A stretch of 64,000 bases of DNA from Parcubacteria group bacterium Licking1014_17. Lineage in GTDB: Bacteria > Patescibacteriota > Minisyncoccia > 2-02-FULL-40-12 > IGHO2-01-FULL-4-A. The notes beneath the pieces were generated by a model. The model searched no databases, was not told the origin of the DNA, and was given only the letters and a program-made list of their open reading frames with translations. The stretch spans positions 113,922 through 177,921 of the forward strand of contig VMGJ01000001.1 of assembly GCA_007376485.1 (NCBI GenBank). The letters are read 5' to 3'. A program made the translations under genes and the position numbers. Shown in pieces: positions 10,187 through 20,664 of the stretch (positions are counted from its first letter, which is position 1; the number at the start of each line of letters is the position of its first letter).

Positions 10187-10573
10187 ATGCCAAGAGTATC
10201 AGGGATAAATATTCCGGACAATAAAAAAATAGAGTTTTCGCTGCCGTACATTTTTGGCATCGGGCATTCTTCATCGAAAATCATTTTGAAAACAGCCGGA
10301 GTTGACGGGAATAAAAGAGCAAAGGATGTTACTGCCGAAGAAATAAATAAAATCCAGGGTGTAATAGATAAAAATTACAAAGTGGAGGGTGATCTCCGCC
10401 GCGAAAAATCGGATAATATTAAAAGACTGAAGGAAATCGGCAGCTGGAGGGGGACAAGGCATGCGAGAAGATTGCCGATTCATGGCAGAAGCAAAACAAA
10501 TTCCAGAACATTAAGGGGAAATATAAGAAAGACAATGGGCTCGGGCAGAAAGCCGACGGCTCAAAAGACATAA
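10187..10573 (+). CDS. rpsM: 30S ribosomal protein S13
   Basis: MPRVSGINIP, IFGIG, VEGDLRRE, synteny. Confidence 0.98.
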   Translation: MPRVSGINIPDNKKIEFSLPYIFGIGHSSSKIILKTAGVDGNKRAKDVTAEEINKIQGVIDKNYKVEGDLRREKSDNIKRLKEIGSWRGTRHARRLPIHGRSKTNSRTLRGNIRKTMGSGRKPTAQKT

Positions 10574-10574
10574 T

Positions 10575-11009
10575 ATGGGTAAAAAACGCATAGCTACAAG
10601 CACAAGCGGCGAGGATACTCAGAAACAGTCAGCGGGTTCTTCGCAGAAAAAAATAAAAAAGCAGCTTATCAAGGGCGTGATTTATGTTACTTCTTCATAC
10701 AATAACACCATAGTCTCGATTACCGATAACAGCGGGAATGTCTGCGTCTGGTCGTCCGCCGGAAGCATCGGTTTTAAAGGAACAAGAAAATCAACGCCCT
10801 ACGCCGCCACTTTGGTAAGCAAGGATGCGATAGAAAAAGCAAAAAGGCTTGGAATCCAGGAGGCAAAAGTAGTAATAAGTGGTATTGGACCGGGCAGAGA
10901 AGGCGCCATCCGCGGCATTGCCGGTAGCGGCATCAACGTTACTTCAATTGTTGATAGCACGCCGATACCGCATAACGGCGTTAAGCCCCCGAAACCGAGA
11001 AGGGTTTAA
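10575..11009 (+). CDS. rpsK: 30S ribosomal protein S11
   Basis: GFKGTRKSTPYAA, TPIPHNG. Confidence 0.98.
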   Translation: MGKKRIATSTSGEDTQKQSAGSSQKKIKKQLIKGVIYVTSSYNNTIVSITDNSGNVCVWSSAGSIGFKGTRKSTPYAATLVSKDAIEKAKRLGIQEAKVVISGIGPGREGAIRGIAGSGINVTSIVDSTPIPHNGVKPPKPRRV

Positions 11010-11018
11010 TTTAATGAC

Positions 11019-11654
11019 ATGGCAAGGCATATAGGTCCAAAAGAAAAAGTAGAGCGCCGAATAGGATCCAAACTTTTTTTGAAAGGCGAGCGTTCGTTTT
11101 CGCCGAAATCGGCGACGGTCAGAAGGATGTATCCGCCGGGAATGCACGGCAAAAAATTTGCCAGAAAACTTTCGGACTACGGAACACAATTAAGGTCAAA
11201 ACAGAAAGTCAAAAAAATGTATCGCATGATGGAGCGCCAGTTTAAAAATCTTGTTAAAAGTGCCGTAAAATCCTCCGCTGAATCCGGTATTGAAATTATG
11301 AAATCGCTTGAAAGACGCCTGGATAACGTAGTTTACAGGACTGGTTTAGCCCAGTCGAGGGATCAAGCAAGGCAGCTTGTCAACCACGGCCACATAACAG
11401 TTAACGGACGCAAAGTGTCCATACCCTCCTATAAAGTGATGGCGGGTGACGTTATCGGAGTAAGGGAAGGAAGCGTGAAAACAAAGTATTTTTCATCGCT
11501 GGTGCCCCAGTGGATAAAAAACGTTAAAGCGCCGAATTGGATTGAATTTGACAACAATAAGCTTTCGGCAAAAATAAGCGGCATCCCGACGCTTGAAAAT
11601 AGCGGCATAGATATGAACGATATCAATTCAATTATTGAGTTTTATTCGAGATGA
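11019..11654 (+). CDS. rpsD: 30S ribosomal protein S4
   Basis: PPGMHG, LERRLDNVVYR, ARQLVNHGHI. Confidence 0.98.
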   Translation: MARHIGPKEKVERRIGSKLFLKGERSFSPKSATVRRMYPPGMHGKKFARKLSDYGTQLRSKQKVKKMYRMMERQFKNLVKSAVKSSAESGIEIMKSLERRLDNVVYRTGLAQSRDQARQLVNHGHITVNGRKVSIPSYKVMAGDVIGVREGSVKTKYFSSLVPQWIKNVKAPNWIEFDNNKLSAKISGIPTLENSGIDMNDINSIIEFYSR

Positions 11655-11724
11655 AATTAATCAGCCCCGTCGGCGTAGCACTTCGTTTTAGTCGATTTGA
11701 TACGCCAACCGGCGCATTAAAATA

Positions 11725-12513
11725 ATGATTCCATTACCGTCGGAAACAAAAATAGTGTCTAAGCAGGGAAATCGGGCAGTTTTTGAAGTCGGACCGCTTT
11801 ACCCGGGCTACGGGACGACGATTGGAAACACACTGCGGAGAGTTTTGATTTCTTCGCTCGAAGGGTCGGCTATCACCTCGGTAAAAATCAGCGGCGTTGA
11901 CCATGAGTTTTCTTCAATGGACGGCGTGAAAGAAGATGTGGTGGAAATAATTTTGAACTTGAAGAGGGTGAGATTTAAGTTGTTCGGAGACGAGCCGGTA
12001 ACGCTGACCTTGAAAACAAAAGGTATCGGTGATGTTACCGCCGCGGACATAAAAACAACCTCCGACGTACAGGTAATCAATAAAAACCAGCACATCGCCA
12101 CGATTACCGACAAGAAAAAGGAGTTGGAGATTGAGCTTACTATTGAAAAAGGCATAGGATATATTCCGGTTGAACAGCGGCACAAGGAAAAAATGAGCGT
12201 CGGGGAAATCGCCGTTGACGGCATTTTTACGCCCGTAGTCAACATTAATTTTACGGTTGAGAATATCCGCGTTATGCAGCGCACGGACTACAATAAAGTT
12301 CTGCTTGATATTGAAACCGACGGCAGCGTCACTCCCGAAGAAGCTTTTACCGGCGCCGTGGATATTTTATTCAAACATCTGGAAATAATCAGAATTTTGC
12401 CGGGTATGGCTTCCGTTGATTCCGAAGCCGAAAAAATTGAAGATGAATTAATCAGTGGCGGAGAAAAAGAAGAAGTTAAACCCAAAAGAGGCAGAAAAAA
12501 GAAAACGATATGA
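11725..12513 (+). CDS. rpoA: RNA polymerase alpha subunit lacking the alpha-CTD
   Basis: GYGTTIGNTLRRVL, HEFSS, TDYNKV; ends in an acidic/basic tail at 262 aa. Confidence 0.97.
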   Translation: MIPLPSETKIVSKQGNRAVFEVGPLYPGYGTTIGNTLRRVLISSLEGSAITSVKISGVDHEFSSMDGVKEDVVEIILNLKRVRFKLFGDEPVTLTLKTKGIGDVTAADIKTTSDVQVINKNQHIATITDKKKELEIELTIEKGIGYIPVEQRHKEKMSVGEIAVDGIFTPVVNINFTVENIRVMQRTDYNKVLLDIETDGSVTPEEAFTGAVDILFKHLEIIRILPGMASVDSEAEKIEDELISGGEKEEVKPKRGRKKKTI

Positions 12514-12860
12514 ACAAGAAAAGTAAATTGAGAAAATTCGGAAGGGTAAAAAAACAGCGCGGGGCGCTTTTGAAAGAATTGGCGAATTCCTTGGTTAAAC
12601 ACGGCCGTATAAAAACAACATCCGCGAAGGCAAAAAGCTTGAAGCCTTTCGTTGAAAGATTGATAACCCGCGGCAGTTCCAATACGCCGCCGGCGGTCAG
12701 ATACTTGCGCAACCACGTCGGTGAAGAAGCCGTTAAAAAAATAGTCAGTGATTTGGGTCCCAAACACGCGCCAAGAAAGGGCGGCTGTTTGAGAATAACA
12801 CCGCTTGCTCAAAGGGTAAGCGACGGAGCCGCGATGTCCATTATAGAATTTGTAAAATAA
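12510..12860 (+). CDS. rplQ: 50S ribosomal protein L17
   Basis: HGRIKTT.AKAK, RKGGCLRI, DGAAM. Confidence 0.97.
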   Translation: MNKKSKLRKFGRVKKQRGALLKELANSLVKHGRIKTTSAKAKSLKPFVERLITRGSSNTPPAVRYLRNHVGEEAVKKIVSDLGPKHAPRKGGCLRITPLAQRVSDGAAMSIIEFVK

Positions 12861-12862
12861 AT

Positions 12863-13210
12863 ATGGCAGGCAAAACATACAATATAAACGCCGAAAATCA
12901 GATACTGGGAAGATTAGCCAGTAAAATTGCCGTATTGCTGCGCGGCAAAACAAGCCCGAATTACAATCCGAGAGAAATGCCAAAAGATATTGTTATTATT
13001 GAAAACGTGGGTAAAATCAGGTTTACGGGCACGAAAATCAATACAAAGGTTTATTACCATTATTCCGGGTATCCCGGGGGCATGAAAGCCAAAACCCTAA
13101 AAGTAGCTTTTGATAAAGACCCGAAAAAGGTTTTGAAAATGGCTGTTTTGAGAATGCTGCCGGTAAATAAGCAGCGCCAGCTAATAATCAGAAACCTAAG
13201 ATTTAAATAA
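12863..13210 (+). CDS. rplM: 50S ribosomal protein L13 (short)
   Basis: LGRLASKIAVLLRGK, YHYSGYPGG. Confidence 0.97.
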   Translation: MAGKTYNINAENQILGRLASKIAVLLRGKTSPNYNPREMPKDIVIIENVGKIRFTGTKINTKVYYHYSGYPGGMKAKTLKVAFDKDPKKVLKMAVLRMLPVNKQRQLIIRNLRFK

Positions 13211-13214
13211 AATT

Positions 13215-13832
13215 ATGCCGAAAAAAGCCGTAAAAAAAGAAAAGAAACCAGCCGCGAAAACCCCAAGAGCAAGAGTCAGGAAACATGTTGTAGCCAAGGA
13301 AGAAATAAAAAACGAAGCGCCGGCGCTAGACCTTGGGCTTGAACCTGAAATCAAGAAAGAACCGGCTGTCTCCGAGCAGATATCGGAAGAGCAAAAAATC
13401 GCAGATGCCACCGGCCCGCAGAGATTTTATGAATCGGTTGGGCGCCGGAAATCGGCTATCGCCAGAGTGAGGGTTTTTACCAAAAAATCCACTGACCCGT
13501 CGTCGGAGGAAAAAGCCCTCATAACGGTCAACGGCAAGCCGTATTACGAATATTTCAAAGATGTTTATCTCCACAATGTGATTGAATCTCCTTTGCGTAA
13601 ATTAAAATCGCTGAACAGATTTAAGGCCGTTGTTAAAATCAACGGCGGGGGATTGGCCGGGCAGGCCGACGCGATAAAATACGGCATTAGCAAGGCGCTG
13701 GTTTTATTTGACGCAAATTTTTCCAAGAAACTCAAAAAAGCCGGTTTTCTGACCCGCGACGCTCGCGTTAAGGAACGCCGAAAATACGGCCTCAAAAAAG
13801 CTCGCAAGAGCCCGCAGTGGTCAAAGAGATAG
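13215..13832 (+). CDS. rpsI: 30S ribosomal protein S9 with N-terminal extension
   Basis: GRRKSAIARV, GGGLAGQA, ERRKYGLKKARKSPQWSKR. Confidence 0.98.
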   Translation: MPKKAVKKEKKPAAKTPRARVRKHVVAKEEIKNEAPALDLGLEPEIKKEPAVSEQISEEQKIADATGPQRFYESVGRRKSAIARVRVFTKKSTDPSSEEKALITVNGKPYYEYFKDVYLHNVIESPLRKLKSLNRFKAVVKINGGGLAGQADAIKYGISKALVLFDANFSKKLKKAGFLTRDARVKERRKYGLKKARKSPQWSKR

Positions 13833-13872
13833 GGATAGAATCCTTTCTCGCGTTTAATTTTTCAAAAAAGAA

Positions 13873-13906
13873 AAAAGGTGCGGTATCCCGAGAGATATCT
13901 CACCTT
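13873..13906 (-). terminator. Terminator between rpsI and the small ORF
   Basis: AAAGGTG.GGTATC...GATATC.CACCTTT hairpin, T-rich on the minus strand. Confidence 0.55.
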
Positions 13907-13932
13907 TGACGAGAGACTAGACCAGTAGCAAC

Positions 13933-14061
13933 TCACTTCTTGTTTTTGATTGTTTCGTTGATTTCACTAAGTTTTGAGCAAATCGTCGAAAACCCCAGGA
14001 TGAGGCAAATCGTGAGCCACCCCACTTGAACTGCCGCCCAAGCCCAACTCCAAGATGTCAT
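13933..14061 (-). CDS. Small 42-aa membrane peptide (not in ORF track)
   Basis: AGGAGG SD then MTSWSWAWAAVQVGWLTICLILGFSTICSKLSEINETIKNKK*; TTGACA-18-TATAAT at 14102..14131. Confidence 0.65.
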   Translation of the reverse strand: MTSWSWAWAAVQVGWLTICLILGFSTICSKLSEINETIKNKK

Positions 14062-14147
14062 AAATGCCTCCTATTGTGCATTAGTTTCAGCACCATCAAA
14101 AATTATAGCACAACGGGTTAACTATTGTCAAATTTTTGTTCTGCGAA

Positions 14148-15050
14148 TTATCTTTCGTAATTTAAATCGTACTTTAATATATTTTTACCCGAAATCGTGT
14201 AGAGAAAACCGTTTTTGTTGTTGTAATACAACGGGGAGCTGGTTTTTATTAAATCGTAAGTATTGATGCCGTCGCGGGTGTCTATCTCGGACATTTTAAA
14301 TGTGCCCTGGATTTGATAAAGAATGTAATTTGAATCCTGATACCAGGCAACGTATTTGGGTACGGAACTTAATTTGGCCATCAATACCGACTGGCCGGTT
14401 TTCATATACGGCTGGGAGCCGGAATCCCTAAGCCAGGTTACATTAATTTCATTATTTGAAATGATTATCTCTTTTTCCGTATCTGGGGATATTATTCCCG
14501 GCGTTTCCGGTTGGGAGGTCGTACTGGCCTTTTTTATTACCGTGGGAATGGCGGGAAGGTTGATTATGACGTTGTCTTTCATGCTTAAAGAAACTGATTT
14601 TTTCGAGCTGGATATTATTAAAATATTTTTATCATGGGGGTCGGGAACTATGCTGTTGGCGCCGGTAAATGAAACCGAAGCCGCCGTTTCCGGCTGTATT
14701 TCAAGCGGCAGAAGTTTGATATTGTGAAAACTTTCAAACACTCCCCCCTCGATTTTTATATTTTTTACCCATTCTTGGTATCCATCTTTATGGACTTTTA
14801 CGCCGTAAGTGTGAGGCAGTAATCTGCTCTTGGAGAACCTATTAAACATTGAAGTAGCTCCGGCAAAACTATTATTAATGTAAATATCCGCACCTGTGTT
14901 GGTTACGATCTGAAATGAGCCGGTTTTCAGGAATTTTCCCGTCTGGAAATCGTATTTATATCCGAGAGCGTAAACGACGACAATATATCCTGCGACGCAG
15001 AACACAAGGAAGCATATTGCAAGAAGGATTCTTCTCGTGAGTTTAGTCAT
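14148..15050 (-). CDS. PEGA-domain membrane protein
   Basis: TM then GYKYDF..KTGSF, GADIYIN, KDGYQEW. Confidence 0.85.
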   Translation of the reverse strand: MTKLTRRILLAICFLVFCVAGYIVVVYALGYKYDFQTGKFLKTGSFQIVTNTGADIYINNSFAGATSMFNRFSKSRLLPHTYGVKVHKDGYQEWVKNIKIEGGVFESFHNIKLLPLEIQPETAASVSFTGANSIVPDPHDKNILIISSSKKSVSLSMKDNVIINLPAIPTVIKKASTTSQPETPGIISPDTEKEIIISNNEINVTWLRDSGSQPYMKTGQSVLMAKLSSVPKYVAWYQDSNYILYQIQGTFKMSEIDTRDGINTYDLIKTSSPLYYNNKNGFLYTISGKNILKYDLNYER

Positions 15051-15242
15051 CCCGTACGAAACAGGAAACGCTTCAGCATTGTCTGCGAATAGCGTTTACC
15101 TTGTTTTATTAAATTGTCATACATATTTTTTATAATTATTTCTGAAGCGTTTCCGTATAACATAACTGATTTATGAAAATACGGTTATTCTTATTCAGAT
15201 ATCTATGCTTCGTTATTCAGGCTTTAGCTGTTTCGTTCGGGA
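15050..15242. mobile_element. Start-codon-inserted inverted-repeat element, long subtype (193 bp)
   Basis: TIR TCCCGTACGAAACAG/CTGTTTCGTTCGGGA; TGA duplicated on the gene strand; homologous to 57939..58133. Confidence 0.85.
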
Positions 15243-15280
15243 TCATTTGATTTTAGCTCAAAAATTAGTAGAATTACGCT

Positions 15281-16540
15281 ATGCGATTAATAATCAACGG
15301 CGGGAAAAAACTGAATGGAAGGATTGCCGTAAATGGTTCGAAAAACTGCTGTTTGCCGCTAATTAGCGCGGCGCTTCTGACGGGCCAGCACGTGACTATA
15401 ACCAACGTTCCGGGGATTGACGACGTTAAAAGCATTACTGAACTTATTAATTCCCTCGGAGTGTTATGTCACTTTTCAAATAATACATTTGAAATCTATC
15501 CCGGTCAAATAACCCAGAATAAATTAGACAGGACAATGTCGCGTAAAATGCGGGCTTCCATACTTTTAACGGCGCCGGTTTTAGCCCGAACCGGGGAAGT
15601 TTTTTTCCCTCATCCGGGCGGCTGTGTTATAGGCGAACGCCCGATTGACATATTTCTTGACGGATACCAAAAATTCGGGGCAGCCGCTTATAAGGAAGGC
15701 GACGATTACGCCATTAGGGCAAAAAAATTAAAAGCCGGCGAATATTTTTTCAATAATGTAAGTGTTACCGCCACCGAAAGCTTAATAATGCTGGCGACAC
15801 TGGCGCAAGGCAGGACGACGTTAATCAATGCCGCCTGCGAACCGGAAGTGGTCGAAATGGCGAATTTTCTCAACCAGTGCGGAGCGAAAATCACGGGCGC
15901 CGGTACGCCGTTTGTCACCATAGACGGGATTTCTTCCTATGACACGATGAAAACGGTGATTTACAGAAACATTCCGGATAGAATCGAAGCCGGCTCGTTT
16001 ATTTTAATGGCTGTTGCCACCGGCAGTGAAATAACCGTTGCCAATTGTGTTCCCGAACATTTACAGTCACTCCTCACAGTTCTTGACCGGATGCAGGTCG
16101 GATACGAAAAACAGGCGGGTGCCGTTAAAATACTGAATGGTTCAGTGCCGTCCGCGGTCAGTGTTAAAACTCACGAGTATCCCGGTTTTCCGACGGACCT
16201 GCAGTCGCCACTGATTGTCGCGTTGACTCAAGCGAAAGGGTTGAGTATCGTGCAAGAAACGGTTTTTGAAGGTAGGATGTTCTGGACGGAGGATTTGAAA
16301 AGAATGGGTGCGGAAATAATGGTGTTGGATACGTTCAGAGTCAGCGTACAAGGACCCTCAAAACTGCGCGGCCATGAACTTGAAAGTCCCGATATCAGAG
16401 CCGGGATGGCTTATGTGATAGCCGGACTAGCGGCAAAAGGCACAACTACTGTTCACGGGATTAATTTGATTGACAGAGGTTATGAAAGGATAGAGAATAG
16501 GCTTTCCGAGATTGGCGCGGACGTTGTCAGAATCAATTAA
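15281..16540 (+). CDS. murA: UDP-N-acetylglucosamine 1-carboxyvinyltransferase
   Basis: GSKN, PGGCVIGERP, YPGFPTDLQ, IDRGYE. Confidence 0.97.
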   Translation: MRLIINGGKKLNGRIAVNGSKNCCLPLISAALLTGQHVTITNVPGIDDVKSITELINSLGVLCHFSNNTFEIYPGQITQNKLDRTMSRKMRASILLTAPVLARTGEVFFPHPGGCVIGERPIDIFLDGYQKFGAAAYKEGDDYAIRAKKLKAGEYFFNNVSVTATESLIMLATLAQGRTTLINAACEPEVVEMANFLNQCGAKITGAGTPFVTIDGISSYDTMKTVIYRNIPDRIEAGSFILMAVATGSEITVANCVPEHLQSLLTVLDRMQVGYEKQAGAVKILNGSVPSAVSVKTHEYPGFPTDLQSPLIVALTQAKGLSIVQETVFEGRMFWTEDLKRMGAEIMVLDTFRVSVQGPSKLRGHELESPDIRAGMAYVIAGLAAKGTTTVHGINLIDRGYERIENRLSEIGADVVRIN

Positions 16541-16545
16541 AAATT

Positions 16546-17553
16546 ATGTTTGTAAAAAAGATCGGGATTGATCTTGGTACGACGAATACAGTGGTCTATG
16601 TGCCGGGTAAAGATCTGGTTATCAATGAACCGACAGTCGTAGCCATTTCGATTCTGGACAATAAAATAATCGCCGTCGGCAATGAGGCGAAAGAAATGAT
16701 CGGGCGCGCGCCCGATAGTATTATTGTATCCCACCCGCTGAAAGACGGCGTGGTCGCCGACTACCGTGTTACCGAAGCCATGCTCCGTTATTTTATAAAC
16801 CGTGCCGTCGGCAATATGAATATATACAAGCCGGAAATTCTGGTTTCCGTGTCCGCCGGCATAACATCCACGGAAAGGCGCGCCGTTATCGAAGCCACGA
16901 TGAACGCGGGGGCCAAGACCACTTATCTCGTAAAAGAGCCCGTGTTGGCGGCTATAGGCGCTAATATCCCCATAAACAGCCCAAGCGGCAATCTGATACT
17001 CAATATAGGCGGCGGCACCACAGACGTCGCCGTAGTGAGCCTTGGGGGTATCGTAACATGGGCTTCGGCGAGGGTTGGTGGCAATAAGATAGACCAGGCA
17101 ATCGTGGAATACGTAAAGCAAAAACATGGCCTTGCGATAGGCGAGAGAACGGCGGAATTAATCAAAATAGCAATCGGCAACGCGGTTAAACACAATAATG
17201 AAGAAAAAATCCGGGTGCGCGGACGCGATCTCACCGCCGGTTATCCGAAAATAATTGAATTAACGTCAAATCAGATAAATGAAGCTATCCAGGAGCAATT
17301 AAAAGAAATAGTCCAAACCGTAAAAAACGTCCTTCAGGAAACTCCGCCCGAACTGTGTTCGGATATTATGGACAACGGCATTGTCATTTCCGGAGGCGGA
17401 GCTTTGATTAAAAACATGGACACACTGATTAGCCGCATTACCGGAGTTCCGGCTCAAATAGCAAACGACCCTATGCTTTGCGTAGCCAGAGGCACGGGAA
17501 TAGTTTTGGAAAACTTGGATGCGTATAAGAAAAATATTGTGGCGAAAAGGTAG
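16546..17553 (+). CDS. mreB: Rod shape-determining protein MreB
   Basis: [32 protein letters not shown]. Confidence 0.97.
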   Translation: MFVKKIGIDLGTTNTVVYVPGKDLVINEPTVVAISILDNKIIAVGNEAKEMIGRAPDSIIVSHPLKDGVVADYRVTEAMLRYFINRAVGNMNIYKPEILVSVSAGITSTERRAVIEATMNAGAKTTYLVKEPVLAAIGANIPINSPSGNLILNIGGGTTDVAVVSLGGIVTWASARVGGNKIDQAIVEYVKQKHGLAIGERTAELIKIAIGNAVKHNNEEKIRVRGRDLTAGYPKIIELTSNQINEAIQEQLKEIVQTVKNVLQETPPELCSDIMDNGIVISGGGALIKNMDTLISRITGVPAQIANDPMLCVARGTGIVLENLDAYKKNIVAKR

Positions 17554-18663
17554 ATGAACAAGAAAATTGCCATTGTTCATGATTGGCTTACGGAAATCGG
17601 CGGAGCGGAAAGAGTCCTGAAGGCGTTGCATAGTATATTTCCGGAAGCGCCCATCTACACTCTGTTTTACAACCCTGGGTTTACTAAAGACTTTTTGCCG
17701 GGTGCTGAAATACGCCCGGCGTCCACGCAAAAACTTTTTTCTTTACTGAATAACAAGCGATTGTTGGCGCCTTTTTTGCCGTCAGCCGTGGAATCATTTG
17801 ATTTGAGAGATTTTGATGTTGTCATTTCTTCTTCGCCGATTTACGCGAAAGGACTGATTCTGCGTCCCCAAACCAAACATATCTGTTATTGTTACAGTCC
17901 GACCCGGCAGCTTTGGGACTGGCACTCCGAATACGGCAGGGAGAAGAGTAAAATAAATAAATTACTAACGGAAATATTACGGCATTGCATGAGAATCTGG
18001 GACAGGCATACTTCGTCAAGAGTCGACCGTTTTGTTGCGATATCTAATAACGTAAAATCAAGGATATCGAAATATTATCACCGCGACTCAATCGTCGTTT
18101 ATCCTCCCGTTTCCGATTTCGCCAGCGAATCCGGCGGTCAGCCCGAGTTACCAAAGGGTTTTGATAGATATTATTTAATCGTTTCACGATTATTTCCCCA
18201 CAAAAATGTCAAAATCGCCATATCGGCGTTTAATCGCCTTAATTTACCCTTAATAATCGCCGGTGATGGGCCGCAGTTCAATAACCTGAAAAAAATCGCC
18301 GGCAAAAATGTTCTTTTACTCGGCAGAGTATCGGACAGCACAGCTTCCTCTCTTTATAAGCATTGCTCGGCTTTTGTAATGGCGCAGGAAGAAGATTTCG
18401 GCTTGACTCCGCTTGAAGCCATGCGTTTCGGCAAACCGGTGTTGGCCCTTAAAAGAGGCGGCGCTTTGGAGTATATTGAAGAGAGCGTAAACGGCGAATT
18501 TTTCGAGGATCCGACTTTGGAAGTTTTAGCCGACGGCGTGAGGAGAATTTCCGAAAAAATTGGCAGTTACAATCCCGAAATCATTATGCAAACGGCGGCT
18601 CGGTTCAATAAGCCGGTTTTTGAGGAAAAATTCAAGGCGTTAATTAATGAGCCAGAATCTTAA
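17554..18663 (+). CDS. Glycosyltransferase family 4
   Basis: VHDWL..GGAERV, EDFGLTPLEA. Confidence 0.93.
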   Translation: MNKKIAIVHDWLTEIGGAERVLKALHSIFPEAPIYTLFYNPGFTKDFLPGAEIRPASTQKLFSLLNNKRLLAPFLPSAVESFDLRDFDVVISSSPIYAKGLILRPQTKHICYCYSPTRQLWDWHSEYGREKSKINKLLTEILRHCMRIWDRHTSSRVDRFVAISNNVKSRISKYYHRDSIVVYPPVSDFASESGGQPELPKGFDRYYLIVSRLFPHKNVKIAISAFNRLNLPLIIAGDGPQFNNLKKIAGKNVLLLGRVSDSTASSLYKHCSAFVMAQEEDFGLTPLEAMRFGKPVLALKRGGALEYIEESVNGEFFEDPTLEVLADGVRRISEKIGSYNPEIIMQTAARFNKPVFEEKFKALINEPES

Positions 18664-19537
18664 TATTTTTATCGTTATTGTGCAGTATAATCAGGCGAGC
18701 GACACCCTTGCTTGTTTAAAATCGCTGGAATCCGACTTATCGGAAGGGACGAAAATAATCGTGGTTGACAACGACTCCAACGAACCGGACAGAAAAGCCG
18801 TTGCCGATTATTCTTTGAGAAACGGGAATATTAAATTCATTGAGACCGGCAAAAATCTGGGCTACACCGGCGGCAATAACGCCGGAATAAAATATGCGCT
18901 GGAAAACGGCGCCGACTATATTTTCATTCTGAACAACGACACTATTATTAAGCCGGGGACAGTCAGAGAGCTGGTAAATTATGCCAAAAATCATCCAAAG
19001 ATAGGGATTGTATCGCCGGGCGTTGATGAATTGGGCGCGGTTTTTTACGGAGGCAAAATATATTGGTTCAAACCGGAGCTGGAGCACAATTATAATAAAA
19101 ACGGAGGGCCGCTCAAATCGAAAAATACCTATTTATCGGGGGTGGCTCTAATGGTTAAAAAAGAGGTTTTTAATAAAATTGGAATGTTTGACGACCGCTT
19201 TTTCCTATACTTTGAGGATGTTGATTTTTCGGTGAGGGCGAGAAAAGAAGGATATGATTTGGCTGTTGATTCAAGCGTTTCAATTATGCATAATATTTCG
19301 CGCTCCGCGGGCAAGCTGGGTTCGCCGAAGATTTTGAGATACCATTACCGGAATTCCCATCTGTTCAACTCCAAACACGCGCCGATATACATCAGATGGC
19401 TGTTGCCGTTTTGGTCGCTGTCAATCATTATCAGGCAAGCGGTAAAAATTATATTATCCAAAAACACCGCGGCGTCCAGGGCGATTTTACAGGGCGTTTT
19501 TGATTATTACCGCGGTAAATTCGGCATAATATCATGA
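18647..19537 (+). CDS. Glycosyltransferase family 2
   Basis: VVDNDS, NLGYTGGNN, LNND, FFLYFEDVD. Confidence 0.93.
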   Translation: MSQNLNIFIVIVQYNQASDTLACLKSLESDLSEGTKIIVVDNDSNEPDRKAVADYSLRNGNIKFIETGKNLGYTGGNNAGIKYALENGADYIFILNNDTIIKPGTVRELVNYAKNHPKIGIVSPGVDELGAVFYGGKIYWFKPELEHNYNKNGGPLKSKNTYLSGVALMVKKEVFNKIGMFDDRFFLYFEDVDFSVRARKEGYDLAVDSSVSIMHNISRSAGKLGSPKILRYHYRNSHLFNSKHAPIYIRWLLPFWSLSIIIRQAVKIILSKNTAASRAILQGVFDYYRGKFGIIS

Positions 19538-20664
19538 TAAGAATTGGAATTGAATGCGAATCAATTGAAGATAATTCGTGGGGGATAGGGAGAGTTTTAA
19601 CCAACCTATTGCAGGAACTTTCGGCGCGCTCGGGAGAACTTTCCAAAGAATTTGAATTCGTGCTGTTTTTTAAGTCGCATGTGCCCAATTATTCGTACTT
19701 AAGTTCGTCATTATTTAAAAAAACGCTTCTCCGCCTGCCACTCCAGCCGTTTTCTTCTTTCAGCCTTTATTATTATATTTTTCTACCCCTTTACCTGCTT
19801 TTTAAGCCGGTTGACGTTATTTTTCTTCCGAATTACATGCTTCCGTTTGGAATTAACACTAAAACCCTGGTTATACTCACGGAAGACGTCTATAAAGAAA
19901 TCCATTCCTCGGCTCAAAAAACGCGCTATCGCCTCGCGTATTCAATATTCGCCAATCACGCGGCGCGCGGCGCCACAAAAATAATGACTATTTCCATATC
20001 CTCGGCTATTAATGTTTCAAGGGTATTTAATATAAAACTTGGCCGGATAGTCATTAATCAACTGGGTGTCAGAAAACCCATGAAGATTGAAGAGGGCAAA
20101 AAAATATACCGTGGCAAGTATATATTATCCGTCAGCCAAGCTTTCCCGCGACGCCATTTGAAAGAATCAATTGATGCATTTGAATCAATTGCCGGTGATT
20201 TTCCGGGATTGAAATTTATTATTATCGGAGCTGATAAATACGACCCGCCGATAATCGAGGATATCAAAAATATTGTTAACCAAAGATTGGGTTATGAAGC
20301 GATTATCCACAAGGAATACGTCACGGATGAAGAACTGGCGTTGCTTTACAGCGGCGCCTCGGCTGTCATCTACATATCATTCCATGAAGCTTTCGGCCTG
20401 CCTCCTTTGGAGGGATTAACATACGGCGCCGTTCCGGTTGTTGCCGATACCGATATAACCCGCGAAATTTTTGGTCCGGAAGGATTTTATGTCGAGACTC
20501 CGCATCGAAGTGACGTTATCGCCCAAATTATAAGGGAAGCCCTTTTAAACAGTGAAAAAAAGGAAATGATTAAGAGTATGATTCCTAAAATACTTGAAAA
20601 ATACAGTTGGGGCGCGCATACCGACAGGTTTATTGATATAATTCGTTCGATAGCCAAGTCATGA
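19534..20664 (+). CDS. Glycosyltransferase family 4
   Basis: EAFGLPPLE motif, GT-B layout. Confidence 0.9.
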   Translation: MIRIGIECESIEDNSWGIGRVLTNLLQELSARSGELSKEFEFVLFFKSHVPNYSYLSSSLFKKTLLRLPLQPFSSFSLYYYIFLPLYLLFKPVDVIFLPNYMLPFGINTKTLVILTEDVYKEIHSSAQKTRYRLAYSIFANHAARGATKIMTISISSAINVSRVFNIKLGRIVINQLGVRKPMKIEEGKKIYRGKYILSVSQAFPRRHLKESIDAFESIAGDFPGLKFIIIGADKYDPPIIEDIKNIVNQRLGYEAIIHKEYVTDEELALLYSGASAVIYISFHEAFGLPPLEGLTYGAVPVVADTDITREIFGPEGFYVETPHRSDVIAQIIREALLNSEKKEMIKSMIPKILEKYSWGAHTDRFIDIIRSIAKS

